Assembly (NCBI RefSeq): GCF_018350175.1 | Contig: NC_058368.1 | Coordinates: forward strand, 223,574,001-223,638,000 | Reading direction: 5' to 3' | Origin: Felis catus | Lineage: Eukaryota | Length of the DNA: 64,000 bases | Shown here: positions 26,251 to 38,900 of the stretch, piece by piece | How positions within the stretch are numbered: position 1 is the first letter of the stretch | Layout: every line of letters starts with the position of its first letter | Translations under genes and position numbers: made by a program | The notes under the pieces: generated by a model | The model's database searches: none | What the model saw: only the letters and a program-made list of their open reading frames with translations | What the model was told of the DNA's origin: nothing

Positions 26251-27414
26251 TATAATGTCCCCCGTTACCAATCAATAATTAGACTACCCTAGCTTTTTAT
26301 ATTCTGCCTGAATTTTTATGTTTTTACATCTGCAAAATTAACTCAAGTGGCTCCCATTTAGAGAATTTTCTTCAGCATAATATTCTCTTTGAAAATAAGC
26401 ATTCACTAATTACTTTTAAATGAGTGTTATAAAGAATACATGAGTGGGTTCATTTATGATCATTCTGGTTAATTTTCATTTTCAAAATAACCAGACTAGG
26501 ACTGGAATTACATGTTCTTTGTCACCTAATGACAAATAAATGACTGTCAAGTGATAAGAGCTCATTCAATATCAGTTGCAAAAATAAAGGAATTAATGGA
26601 TTAATATATCCAAGAAGTGATGAAGACATTGAAAAGACTCAGAAAAGGTTGTGTGGTTTTTGGGAATAGGTTCTGTGTAGAGAAGATGGAGGGAAAGAAT
26701 CCTTGGAGAAAATGATATTTATAGAAAAGAAAAAAAAAAACAGGAAACTTACTTTAAAATAACTTCCGGTTTTACTCCAGAATTATTTCAATCAGAAACC
26801 ATACTTTAGTTTCTAAATCTCACCTCAGTCCAAAAAATATTTGTATCAAGTAGAAACTAATTTATGAATGTGCATGAGTATATGTATACCATGGAAATTA
26901 TATTATTTGCAATCATTACCAAAAGAAATGTCCATTTTTACTTAAGTAACATCTTAAATATATATTTAGTAAGTGCTTTTTTTCTTTTTTTTTTTTTTTT
27001 TTTTTTTGCTATTTGTTAGTGCTTCATATGGGAAATCAGTTAATACCTATCTACAAAGTAAAGCAGTGTAATAGATTGTATTATCCTGGATTTTATAGAT
27101 GATAATTTTAGAAGGCTCAAAGCCTTAGGGACACCTCAATAAGCATTACTAAAACATAATGTAATCCTAATTATAAATGGGTATGTAGAAGGAGTGAGAA
27201 ATAGTGAGGACTTCATACCCATATTGGAGACTGTTTCGGGAAGTGCACATTCATGCACTCACTGGTTGCTTGTCATAAGTGCCTTATTAAATATCAGTGG
27301 GGGCCCTTCCATTTACAGTTGTTCGTAAACAGTAACCTTAAATTCAGCCACATTACCAAAGTATTTACTAATATATTCTGTTTCGGAAATGTACTCGATG
27401 CTTTTTATAAACTG

Positions 27415-28550
27415 GATTTTTTTAAGGCTTTATTTTTGGGTAGAGCAGTTGTAGGTCCACAGCAACATTAAGAGGTAGGGACAGAGATTTCCCAAATAGA
27501 CCCCACATCTACACATGTATGACATCCTTCATTATCAGCATCCTCCGCCAGTGTGATACATTTGTCACAACTGATGAACCTACATTGACACGTCATAATC
27601 ACGCAAAGTCTATAGTTTAACGTGTTTCGTTCTTGGTATTCCCTGGGTTTAGACAAAGGTATGATGGCACGTATTCATTATTATAGTATCATACGTAGTA
27701 TTGTCACTGCACTAAAACCCCATGTATACTGCTTATCCATCTCTACTTACTCTGATTTTGGTAACCACTGATCTTTCTATTGGCTCCTTAGTTTTTCCTT
27801 TTCTGGAATGTCATAGAGTTTGAATCATACAGTAAGTTGCCTTTTCAGATTGGCTTTTTCCCTCAGTAATATAGGCACACTTAAGGATCTGCCATGTCTT
27901 TTCATGGCTTGATAGCTCATTTCTTTTTAATACTCAATAGCATTCCATTGTCTGGATGTGCCAGTTTGTGTATCAATTCAGGTACTGAAGGACACCTTGG
28001 TTGTTTCCAAGTTTTTGCAATCACGAACTAAGCCACTACAGTATAAACACTTATTTGTAGGTTTTTGTACGGACAAAAGTTTTCCATTTCTTTGGGTAGT
28101 TACCAAGGAGTGAATTCACTGGATCATATGGTAAGGGTGTATGTGGTTTGTAAGAAACTGACAAACTATTTTCCAAAGTGGCTGCACCATTTTGCATTCC
28201 CACTAACAATGAATGAGAGTTCTTGTTGGTCTACATCCTCATCAGCATTTGCTGTTGTCAGTGTTTCTGGATTTGGGCCAGTTTTTGTCAGGTACGTAGT
28301 GGTATCTCATTGTTGCTTTAATTTATATTTCTCTGATGACATATATGTGGAACATGTTTTCATACATTCATTTGCCCTCTGTATGTCTTCTTTGATGAGG
28401 AGTCTGTTAAGGTCCTTGGCCCATTTTTTAATCAGGTTTTGTTTCCTTATAAGTAAACTTTAAGGGATCTTCATCAGATGTGTATTTTACAAATATTTTC
28501 TCCCAGTTTGTCTGTTGTTTACTCATTTGTTTGACGTTGTCTTTTGCAGA
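27415..28550 (-). mobile_element. Old L1 (L1MC-like) 3' end, about 1.1 kb
   Basis: agagcagttgtaggtccacagcaacatt...acagagatttccc...tggctgcaccattttgcattcccactaacaatgaatgagagttc are antisense L1 hallmarks. Confidence 0.85.
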
Positions 28551-28627
28551 AATGAAATCAGGTTTCTAAACATCTTCTTAATATAAGTTTTGGAAGAGCT
28601 TGGTGCTCTATGGAATGACATTTAGAA

Positions 28628-28849
28628 GTTTTTGTTTGTTTTAAATTTTGGAGAGAGAAAGAGTTGTGTGAGTGGGAGGCAGGGCAGAGGGAGAGAGGGA
28701 GAGAAAGAGAGAGAGAGAAAGAGAGAGACTGTCAGGCAGGCCCCATGCTCAGCACAGAGCCAACGTGAGGCTCAATCTCATGACCTTGAGATCATGACTT
28801 GAGCCAAAATCAATTCAGAGGCTTAAGCAACTGAGACACCAGGTGCCCC
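28628..28849 (-). mobile_element. Can-SINE
   Basis: gagatcatgacttgagccaaaatcaa...caggtgcccc; TSD tagaag(t/c)tt. Confidence 0.88.
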
Positions 28850-28865
28850 TAGAAGCTTATAGTTT

Positions 28866-28872
<7 letters not shown>

Positions 28873-28947
<75 letters not shown>
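28873..28947. repeat. (TA)n(TG)n compound microsatellite
   Basis: Read directly. Confidence 0.95.
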
Positions 28948-28950
<3 letters not shown>

Positions 28951-29379
28951 GTTTAGCCTACCTTAAGTGTTCTGCAAGTAAAAGAAAGATGCCCCTTCTG
29001 GGCAGATGAAGCAGTGCACCAGGATTTAGGATTTAAGAGTATATGAGAGCAAACCACATCTGTGCACAGAAAAACATAAAAAATAAAAAGAATCCCTTTC
29101 TTCAGTTGAACGGGCCACTTGCTAAGGGAACAGTGTGAGAGTATAGGGTGGCATAAAAATGCATGTGGGTCTCTGAACATGTAAGTAGGGTCCAAATGCC
29201 ATGCAGCTCTTCTTTACATGGTGTTCGATTCTGCTCTCTTTTCTTCTTCGGTTCTAGGTCAACTCAGCTGCCCAGTCACATGGTAAAGGCAGAAAGCATG
29301 AGTCTGGTCCATGAAAACCTTCCCCACTGCTGCTAAATATAGCTAAAAGATATCTTGCTTTTGTATGGTCAACTTTCGC

Positions 29380-29512
29380 AGACACATCATCCTAACAAAA
29401 ATCTCTGAAATAGAGGGGACAGGCATTATTTTCACTTTATAGATAAGGAAATTGAGACTCATACAAAATATGAATCCAGATAGTTTGGTTCTGAGAGCTG
29501 TGCTCTTTCTAA
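29380..29512 (-). mobile_element. MIR fragment
   Basis: attattttcactttatagataaggaaattgagactc resembles the antisense MIR core. Confidence 0.55.
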
Positions 29513-29638
29513 CATGGCCCCTTAGGGAAGCTGATGTTCATTGCATCAAGTTTTGGACAGATATTTTCACTGATTGAGGTTTATTTTATTATTTATTTTA
29601 AAAATGCATTCTGTGACATAAGACTGTCTCCATGATTT

Positions 29639-29822
29639 GAGAGAGAGAGACAGAACAAGAGCAGGGGAGGGCCTGAGAGAGAGGGGGACACAGAATCTGG
29701 AGCAGACTCCAGGCTCTGAGCTGTCAGCCCAGAGCCCGACGCGGGGCTCGAACTCACAAACTGCAGGATCATGACCCGAGCTGAAGTTGGACACTCAACC
29801 AACTGAGCCACCCAGGCACCCC
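29639..29822 (-). mobile_element. Can-SINE lacking the A-rich tail
   Basis: Antisense body with tctccatgattt on both sides. Confidence 0.92.
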
Positions 29823-30017
29823 AATTATCTCCATGATTTTAAAGAAGACACTAAGAATAGGATAAATTCAATAAGCTGTCTTTGATTAGAGAAATAGAAA
29901 GAGTTGTATTCTCATCACATATCACAGTTCTTGGAGAAGAGTACTTTCTAACTAAATACGTGGAATATTTCTGTACAAGTAACAATGCCTTCCATTCATA
30001 TGATCCATAATATAGCT

Positions 30018-30598
30018 ATTTAGTCATTTCCATTACATTTCTATTTTTGCGTAGCAAGTAATCACATGATTTCCATAGGTCAGAGGTCCAGGAGGGTTCC
30101 ACTAGATTCCTTGTATAGGGTCCAGTAAGACTCAAGTCAGGTGTCAGCTGGGATGGGTTCTTATCAGGAGGCTGGGGAAGAATCTGCTTTAATCTCATTC
30201 TTCTTGTTGCCAGAGTCTACTTGCTTAGGGTGTAGTTATGAGGTTTCCATTTTCTTCCCATCCTCAGCGAGGGTAGCTTTCTTCTCGAGACTGCCTGCAT
30301 TCTTTCTCATGTGGTCCTTAGCTTCTTCAAAAGAACAACAGTGTATTGAGTCCTTTTCATGTTTTGAATCGCTTTGACTTTCTCTTTTGCTACCAGCTGG
30401 AGAAAGACTCTGTTTTCAAAGGAGTTCACCTGATTGGGTCAGGCCCACCCAGATAATCCCTTTATTCTAAAGTTAACTGAATTGGGACTTGAACAACATC
30501 AACAAAACCCTTACACAGCTGTACCTAGACACATGTTTGGTTGAATAACCAAGAAACAGGAATCTCATGCTGCCATCTTTAGAATTCTGCCTATGACG
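30018..30598 (-). mobile_element. MLT1 (ERVL-MaLR) solo LTR, MLT1E-like
   Basis: taggtcagaggtcca...ggaggctggggaagaatctgctt...ggtcaggcccacccagataatc...gccatctttagaattctgcctatgac. Confidence 0.75.
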
Positions 30599-31333
30599 AC
30601 CCTAAAATACCTGAAAAAAAAGATGAAAGCTTGTTCCTTCTACTAAAGAGTAAATATTGTTTCAAACTTGCATGCCATGGCCTACTCTTCCCCTTATGTG
30701 ACTCCCTATTAGAATAGTGGCAGTAGTGGGCCCTCAATAAATCATTCTTAATATATTTTTCTCCACTAAATAGCTACTGCTTTCCTACATTTCCTTGTTT
30801 ATGCCTAAACTCAAGATAATGCATATGCTTGTCCCCACTAGTCTTCAGAACCTGGTATTATGGTCTTAACTTACTAATAGCAAAATCCAGCTAATACTTT
30901 TGATTTCTGATCTCTCCCTGCTTTCTTGGTCATATTTTCACTTGCATTTTCTCCTTTCTTCGCAAGAACTCTAGTACTTTGGTATGGTCTAATTTATCAT
31001 TTCTATCCTAAAATACATATTAACTCACTCCAGATGTATTAATAAATGATACTTGCTAAGCTTGTCATATGTTAGGCACTAAAGACATTGAGGACTCTAC
31101 TTCACTTTTGAGGAATTCAAGAATCTCATGCAGAAGACAAGATAAATATGTAATTGCATTATGGATAATCACTGTGGCCATAAGGTTTTTAGGGGTTAGG
31201 AAACATAAAGTCATGGTAGCTTAAGCTCTCTCGGGGAATTAGCAAAGGTTTCATAGAGAAGGAAAATGCATGAATTCAGTTTTGAGATGAAGGATGAGTA
31301 AAGGTTAGCCTGCCTTCTGTGTCCAGCTGTACC

Positions 31334-31735
31334 TGTATCATTCAGGGTTCTATAGAGGAACAGAACCAGTAGGATTCAAGACCAGAAGGATTCAGAACCA
31401 ATAAGGAGATTTATTATAAGGAATTGGCAGTTATGGAGGCTGGGAAATCCAAAATCTTCAGAGCCAATGTCCCAGGTCAAGTCTAAAAGCCAAAACCAGG
31501 AATAGTCTTTACCTCAGTTTAAAGGCAATCAGGCAAGAGAATTTTCTCTTATTCAAGGGAGGGTCAGCCTTTCCTTCTTTAAAGGTCTTTAACTGATTGG
31601 ATAAGGCCTGGCTGACTCACATTATGAAGAACAATCAGCTTTACTTAAGTCTACCAATGTAAATGTTAATTTAAAATCACCCTCATAGAAACAAACAGAA
31701 TACTGTCTGGCCAATTATCTGGGCACACCATGAAT
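31334..31735 (-). mobile_element. MLT2 (ERVL) solo LTR
   Basis: tgtatcattcagggttctatagaggaacagaaccagtagga...gagatttattataaggaattggc...ctttaactgattggataaggcc...atctgggcac. Confidence 0.8.
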
Positions 31736-31832
31736 TAGAGACTTATTTTAGTCCAGTATCTAGGGTTTTATCAGGCTCCCTAGGTAGTTTTCACCCATGC
31801 TTATTATAGAACCAACTGGTTTATGCGGTTCT

Positions 31833-32025
31833 TTCTTTTTTTTTTTTTTTAAGTTTATTTTAAAAAGAGAGAGAGGGAGCACTGGGGAGAGGCACAGAAA
31901 GAGAGAGAGGAAATCTTAAGTAGGTTCCATGCTCACCTTGGGCTCCGTCCCAGGGCCCTGGGATCATGACATGAGCTGAAATCAAGAGGAGACACTCAAC
32001 CGCTGACTGAGCCAACCAGGTGCCC
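31833..32025 (-). mobile_element. Can-SINE
   Basis: ggatcatgacatgagctgaaatcaagag...ctgactgagccaaccaggtgccc; TSD ttatgc..ttct. Confidence 0.85.
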
Positions 32026-32299
32026 TCATGACTTATGCAATTCTAATGTAAATTGATTTTAAGAAACATTGCTTCCTTCCAATCACAATTTAACTTATGT
32101 CATAGCTCCATTTAGGACTAATCCCAAAGGCATCAGTACATACACATGCCCTGTGTGCCTAAGAAACTAACGCTGCATAGAACATGTGTGGCTTTTCTTT
32201 ATAAAACTCAGCCCTGTCTGTTCTCAGCTTCATTCTCAGAAAAATTGTCTATGGCACTTTTAATCACAGATCCTCATGTTCTTTCAATAATTTTATAAT

Positions 32300-32650
32300 C
32301 CGTTCCTCTGCCAATGCCTTCTTCCCCTTTTGTTCTGCTTTACAAACATCTATTTACTTTTAAGAACTAGTTCATATGTCACAGCATCTGTGAAACCTTG
32401 CTCAACTTCTCAGGCAGATTTTACAGTTCCTCCTATGCTCTCACTTGGTGCCTGCCTTCATAGAGCACTTATCACTTATTGGATTTAAGTATAACATTTG
32501 TCATATTTTATTGTAATACTTTTCACCTCTACTAGATTGTGAACATCTCAAATCTAGGAATCGGGTCTAGTTTATCTTTGTTTATCATAGCATTCACAAA
32601 TATTAAGAATATTTCCTGACACATCAAGCTGTATTAAATACATGAATATT
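32300..32650 (+). mobile_element. L2 3' end fragment
   Basis: ttcatatgtcacagcatctgtgaaacctt...actagattgtgaacatctc...tttatctttgt resembles an L2 tail. Confidence 0.55.
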
Positions 32651-33038
32651 GTTTGTCCTTCATTTCTAGATCTACTTTAATTGCCAAACACTTCATTGTG
32701 GTAACTAAACTATATATATTTCCCATTTTGCCTTAAATATCCTATTTGTCCTTATTCTGTGCCCTGAATATGAGAGTTTATTTCACCTGTTCAATACACC
32801 AAAATGGGACCCCCTATTGTTCATTCCTTGCTGATAGCTGTTGGCAAAATCCAGGGATGTGCTACTGTAATATATACTTCTGATGAGTCCAAAAGGTTCT
32901 GCTCTTACCAGAGTTCACAAGTTAAAACAATAACGTTGTTTGTTTTTTGCATTGTTACACTATTCACCTCAGCTGTTTGATTTCTCTAAACAAATTATGT
33001 TCATAACAGTCCAGAAACCAAAGTTTACATGCTGTTTA

Positions 33039-33951
33039 CAGTAAAACCTTGGTTTGCGAGCATAATTTGTTCCAGAAACATGCTTGTAATCCAAAGCACT
33101 TGTATATCAAAGCCAATTCCCCATAAGAAATAATGGAAACTCAGATGATTCATTCCACAACTCAAAAATACTCATAAAAACATGATCATAATACTCTAAT
33201 ATAATACAAAACAATAAAGAAAATACAAACTATAGGGATGCCTGGTTGTCTCAGTTGGTTAAGCGTCCCTCTTCCCCTCAGGTCGTGATCTCGCAGTCTG
33301 AGTTTCAGCCCCACATTGGGCTCTATGCTGACAGCTCAGAGCCTGGAGCCTGCTTTGGATTCTCTGTCGCCCTCTTTCTCTGTCCCTCTCCTTCTCATAC
33401 TCTGTCTCTGTCTCAAAAATAAACATTAAAACAAATTTTAAAAAAGAAAATATAAAATATAAAGAGAAATAAGTAAATTAACCTGCACTTACCTTGGAAA
33501 ACCTTCATGGCTGATGTGAGACAAGAGAAGAGGGTTATTGTGTAGGACAACTTTCATGATTACTAATGGAATCACTGCTGTCTATTTACTCATTGGAGTC
33601 TTTTTCTTCATGGAGGCCATTGTATATGCTCACATGGATGTTGACTTTATTAATAAACTCTTTCTTGTCATATACTGTATTTAATGTAAATGGCAATAAG
33701 GCAGCAGAAGAAAGGGTCTCCATCTGCAGGCAGCCTGTCCTAGAAAGAAGCAAAGCATTCCTCAGCTTCCTTTTGGATGGAAAAGCAAAGGACTGTCCAT
33801 AGATGCTTTGAAGTGACAAAAAATATGCTAGTGCCAGTTGTGGGCTCCTTCCAGCGTTCTGAAAAGTCACTGGTTTGTGTCAAACACTGCGGCCTGAGAA
33901 CAAGCATCTGAACATGGGAGACAATCACCCACAATCCTGCAGGGAGGGAGG

Positions 33952-33990
<39 letters not shown>

Positions 33991-34146
33991 ACCATTGGCT
34001 CAGTTGTGATCATGTGATATTCAGCATCGTGTACTACTCATATTGCAAGACATTGCTCATTTATCAAGTTAAAATTTACTAGAAATGTTTACTTATCTTG
34101 CAGAATACTCACAGAACAAGTATGCTCACAATCCAATGTTTTACTG
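33039..34146. mobile_element. TcMar/Tigger-type DNA transposon with both TIRs and TA TSD
   Basis: TA|CAGTAAAACCTTGGTTTGCGAGCATA at the left; reverse complement of the right end is CAGTAAAACATTGGATTGTGAGCATA, followed by TA (23/26 identity). Confidence 0.85.
33235..33445 (+). mobile_element. Can-SINE nested in the Tigger-type element
   Basis: SINE body; TSD aaagaaaata(c/t)aaa(c/a)tata. Confidence 0.9.
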
Positions 34147-35479
34147 TATTTATTCAATCTTTTTAGTTTTTTTTTTCAATTTTTGTGCAAACATATTCAA
34201 AGATTAGGATCTACAAATTTCAAATTTAATCCAATTGTAACTTTGGGTGATGGAAGTTAAATTTAGATTTTATTAATTCATCCTTGTTGCTTTTTAATCT
34301 GAAATAAAATTTTGTTAGCAGCAACATGAAGCAATACAAAATTCCATTACTGAAGAGTGGGTGGTTAAAGTCTCTCGAGGTTCTACATATTATTTTGCTA
34401 TTGTCAGTGTGCTTATTTTGATATATGAAATTCGCCTTTCACAAGTGTGTTCGTATTGGTAATTTCACCTAACACACAAAAGGATCTTATTTGACACTTT
34501 TTCCTTAGCACATAAAAGGAAGAACACCAAACAAATTGGTTTGCTTTAACTAATGATCAAAAGTAATACAATAAAATACTTCCATGAAATATATGTTTAT
34601 GCATGTATATGTCTGCATATTAGTTACCTGTTGCCATGGAACAGAGAACTACAAAATATGTAAAATTAATTCAATTTATTCTAAGATTTAAAAGAAATGT
34701 ATCGGCCCACATACCTTACACTTCACAGGTAAATTAGGCTTCAGAGTTATGTTGATCGGGTCCCTGTCTTTATTTCCTGTGATATATTTTTTCCCTTTTC
34801 TGCATTCCTTTTTATTTCATGTTTGCTTTATTGTCAATTTATAGTAACAAGCACCAAGTACTATGCTAACTTTCAATATGGTAACAGGATGGATGCTACC
34901 TTAAATTGGGTTGCACTCATCCTCATTCACATCCAGAGTGAGATAAATTATCCCTTCAGATGTCCATTAAAAATATTGTTCCCATTAGGTTTCAACTAAC
35001 CACCATTGACTTTTTTCTAAAAAATTGTATTTAATACATAATATGTGCCCATAAGGAGATGAATTATGGCAAAATGTGTGGGGTTATTCACATTAGCTCA
35101 GGACCTTCCATGCCCATTTTTGATCTTTACTTGTAGGCAATTCCATTCAAAACTCTTGAGTTCTACCCATGGGTAGAATTTTAGTGAGGAAATTATGATA
35201 TATATTCTATTCTATTCTTACATCTTGCATCTATTCAAATGTTGATACATTTGAATTCTTAGACATTGCACTATCCCATATCAGTATCAAATTTTAGAAG
35301 CATTAGAATAAATTTCTTCATTCCAAAGGAAATTGGATCACTGAAACAATTCTGTACAGCTGTGCTAGATATTTATTTTGTAGTTCTCCTTGCTCCTCAA
35401 ATTTCCAAAACTTTTGCCAGGTTCCTTGCATACCTCAGATAATCTTGCATCTCTAATTCTTATTCAATAATAACAATCA

Positions 35480-36800
35480 AGAAAGGGTTTCCACAGCATC
35501 CTGCCATCATGTCTACCAACCTAACTAATACTGTGGTCCTTAGTTTCCTTAAATCTATCTCTCTTCAGGTTACTGGGAGTGAACACTCCATTCCAGGCTT
35601 ATGACCACCCCTCCATGTACGCCTGAAATCCTGACCTTTCTTGTTCACCCTCAGTCTATGCACTGTGAGTTATTTCCTCTCCACATCTTCATTTGCCCCT
35701 ATCTGATACATAATTCCTCTGTCCTCAAAAATAGGCTTTATATTCTATCTGAAAATAAAACTTACTCAAACAAAAACTGAAAACCTACCTCGATCTAGTG
35801 TTTCTCTCCAGATACAACTTTAGTATTCCTTTCCTGATAAACTCCTTGAAAGGGTTGCCTATATTCACACCCTGAATTCTCTGTTCCCAGGCTCCTTCAA
35901 ATCCACTCTACAAAGACTTGCCTCTATGACTTCACCAAAATTATACCTGTCCTCCATATTCCAAACTATAAAGTGTAATTCTCTCCTCCATTTGTTCAGC
36001 AAAGCGGCAACATTTGGTACAACTGACAACTGATTCAAGACACAGGCTCTTTCTTTGGCTTATGGACTCAGCATTCTCCAGATGCTTTTCTGCCTTTGCT
36101 CGTTCTTCTATCTCAGTGTGCTTCACAGTTCCTCCTCATCTCTCCATTCATTGAATGGTGCGGCATTCTGATTTTCAAACCTCGGATTTACCTGGAGTTA
36201 TTGCCCATGTAATATCATTCAGTCTAGTGGATTTGCATAACACCTACATGTAGATGACTCTCAAATGGAAATACACATCCACTTTTCCCTTGAAATCCAT
36301 ATTAGACGCTTAATAACTCCTCTAGGAGATCTCAAACTCAGAATGCTCCAAGTAAATATTTTGCTCAAAATCCAATTTCTCTCTAAATCCACTCCTCCAG
36401 GGAATTAACTATCACAATAGTGACGGCTATAGTCCAGATTGCTTATGGAAATCACTCAGTGTCATATTTGACTCCTCTTTTTCTCTCATGCTTTACATCC
36501 AACTCACCAGAAACTTCCATCAGCTATACTTTAAAAAGTATGCATAAGTCAACCACTTCATCACATTTTGCTCTTTCCCATCCCCGTCCAAATAAGAATC
36601 AGCCCTCAGCTGGAATACTCCAATAGCTTCCTGAATGGTATTTTGCACTTAACCCTAGCCTCTTTTAATCTATTATCTAGAGAGCTACTTGAATATCCCT
36701 TTTAAATAAATAATACCATGTAGCTCTCTTGTAAGGAAGATAAATATTCCCAAATAAAGTAAGGTTCCAAAACATGGCACTCATAATGAGTGACCCAAAA
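35480..36800 (+). mobile_element. L2 ORF2 (RT-region) remnant
   Basis: cacctacatgtagatgactctcaaat (degenerate YADDSQ motif), catttggtacaactgac, ctttggcttatggac, atctcaaactcagaatg. Confidence 0.65.
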
Positions 36801-36803
36801 TAG

Positions 36804-36805
<2 letters not shown>

Positions 36806-36846
<41 letters not shown>
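36806..36846. repeat. (CA)n microsatellite
   Basis: Read directly. Confidence 0.95.
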
Positions 36847-36850
<4 letters not shown>

Positions 36851-37327
36851 CCCTGCCGACTACAGGATAGAGATAATGTGTATCTTCAGTTTTCACTTTA
36901 GTTCTGGGTCAGGGGGATGAAAATGTGAAAGTTCTACCCATTAGAAAATTGAGTATATGATACTTCTTACAAATCATTTTAGATCATCTTGGCCTCAATA
37001 ACTCTGTGACAATAGAAACAGAAAATGCGTAATACAGAAAAAATTTCAAACAACCAACGTGAGAAAGTTTACACTGCTATTAAAGAATTTATTAAAAAGA
37101 AATAAAATTATCTCAAAAGGACAGTTTAAGATTCAATAAGGAATGATGACAAAGGAAATGGTACACATGAGGACACCTTTCTTTGTCATAAGAAAACGTC
37201 AAATTTGATAGATTAACAAACCCATAAGTATCATCATCATCTTCTCAACATTATCATCATTACTTACAGGTATAAACTTGTGAGAAACTTGATCCAAATT
37301 GAAACATTTAAAAGTTATTACAATGGT

Positions 37328-37541
37328 GGGGTTCCCTGGGTGGCTCAGTTGGTTAAGTGTCCAACTCTTTATTTTGGCTCAGGTCATGACCTCATGATCT
37401 CAGGTGATGATATGAAGCCCTGTGTTGGGCTCCACAGTCACTGTGGAGCCTGCTTGGGGTTCTGTCTCTCTCCTCTCTCTTGGCCCCACCCCCACACAAG
37501 TGTACTCTCTCTCTCTCTCTCAAAATAAACAAACAAAAAAA
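37328..37541 (+). mobile_element. Can-SINE (first of tandem pair)
   Basis: ggggttccctgggtggctcagttggttaag... Confidence 0.9.
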
Positions 37542-37549
37542 GTTATTAT

Positions 37550-37751
37550 GGGGACGCCTGAGTGGCTCAGTCTGTTGAGTGTCCGACTTCAGCTCAGGTC
37601 ATGATCTCACAGTCCATGGGTTCGAACCCCACATCGGGCGCTGTGCTGACAGCTCAGAGCCTGGAGCCTGCTTTGGATTCTGGCTCTCTGCCCTTCCCCC
37701 ATTCATGCTCTGTCTCTGTCTCAAAAATAAATAAACATTTAATTTTTTTTA
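37550..37751 (+). mobile_element. Can-SINE (second of tandem pair)
   Basis: ggggacgcctgagtggctcagtc...gacagctcagagcctggagcctg. Confidence 0.92.
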
Positions 37752-37849
37752 AGTTATTACAGTATTTAGAAAAAGAGTAAAGATGTTGATTGTTCTTATA
37801 TTTTCCAGAGATACCCAAGCATGTTAATATTTCTGAGTTAAAAAAGAAA

Positions 37850-38900
37850 AGAAATTTAGTATACATATTTAAAATTACAGAGAGGACATAACAAGGATAA
37901 AACCTTAAAAAATATGCTGGAAGATAATATTAGAAGGGATAAAGACAAAATATTAGGACAAGTTTGAAGCACACAATAAAGTGGTAAAAATATATATTAG
38001 TAACCAAAGTGGTATAATTATAATAAACTCTCCTGTTTAAAAAAAAAGCAAAACATACTGAAGCAAAGTAAGAAAATCATCTTTATGATACTTATAATAG
38101 GCTCATATGAAATATAAAGGTGTGGATAGTTTTAAAATAAAAGAATACAGTAATAAAAAGATAATTCTAAGCAAAATAAATCTGGCAAAACTGTTAGTAT
38201 TATAACTGTTAGTGTTAAACAAAATATACTTTAAAACAAAAAGCTATCGTGATGATGAGAAGGTCTTGCCATACTGACATATAGTATATGTCATCAGAGT
38301 GATATAATAATTTGAAACTTCTATGAGACTAATAAACTATCTTTAAGTAAAGAAAACATAATCTTACAGGAAACAGTTAATAGACCTCTCTCAGACATGT
38401 TTTATGAAGTAGACCAAAAAAGGCAGTAATTATAAAAGTGTTTCATGGAACAAAATAAAAGCACTTGATATTTGATTATCTGCCAATGAGTAAATTTAAA
38501 GAACAAATATAATTTTCAAGCACACAGAGCAAAATATAGTAACAATTAATGACATACTAAACCACAGAGCAGCTTAAAACCTGTGTTGACACAAGCTATA
38601 TTTTCTAAGAACCACACAGTCAAGTGCTACAAGGCTGGGTCGCATGCCAGTCAGTAGGGAGAATGGATGGACACTTGAACAAACAGATGAAGACACAATT
38701 ATGAATCTGGCTCGCAAAATGAAAGTAAACTTATCTACATCACAACGAATCAAAATAAGTAATTCTAGTATGTAGAAGACAAAAATGAAACTTGAAATGT
38801 TGGTTAACACACTATGACTTTGGAATAGAGAAAGTTTTATAAAAGCACAAATTTCACAACTCATAAGGGAGATATTGATAACTAAACTATGAAAATTGTC
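37850..38900 (+). mobile_element. Highly degraded old L1M fragments
   Basis: A-rich; segments resemble the L1 ORF2 N-terminal region (aaaatatactttaaaacaaaaag, ttcaagcacacagagc...taaaccaca). Confidence 0.4.

Noticed and set aside
28065..28463. 132-aa ORF
   Set aside because: Antisense reading of a degraded L1 fragment.
35161..35178. Perfect 18-bp palindrome TTCTACCCATGGGTAGAA
   Set aside because: Expected count in 64 kb is about 64000/4^9 = 0.24 or higher with AT bias, so it is not significant and has no supporting context.
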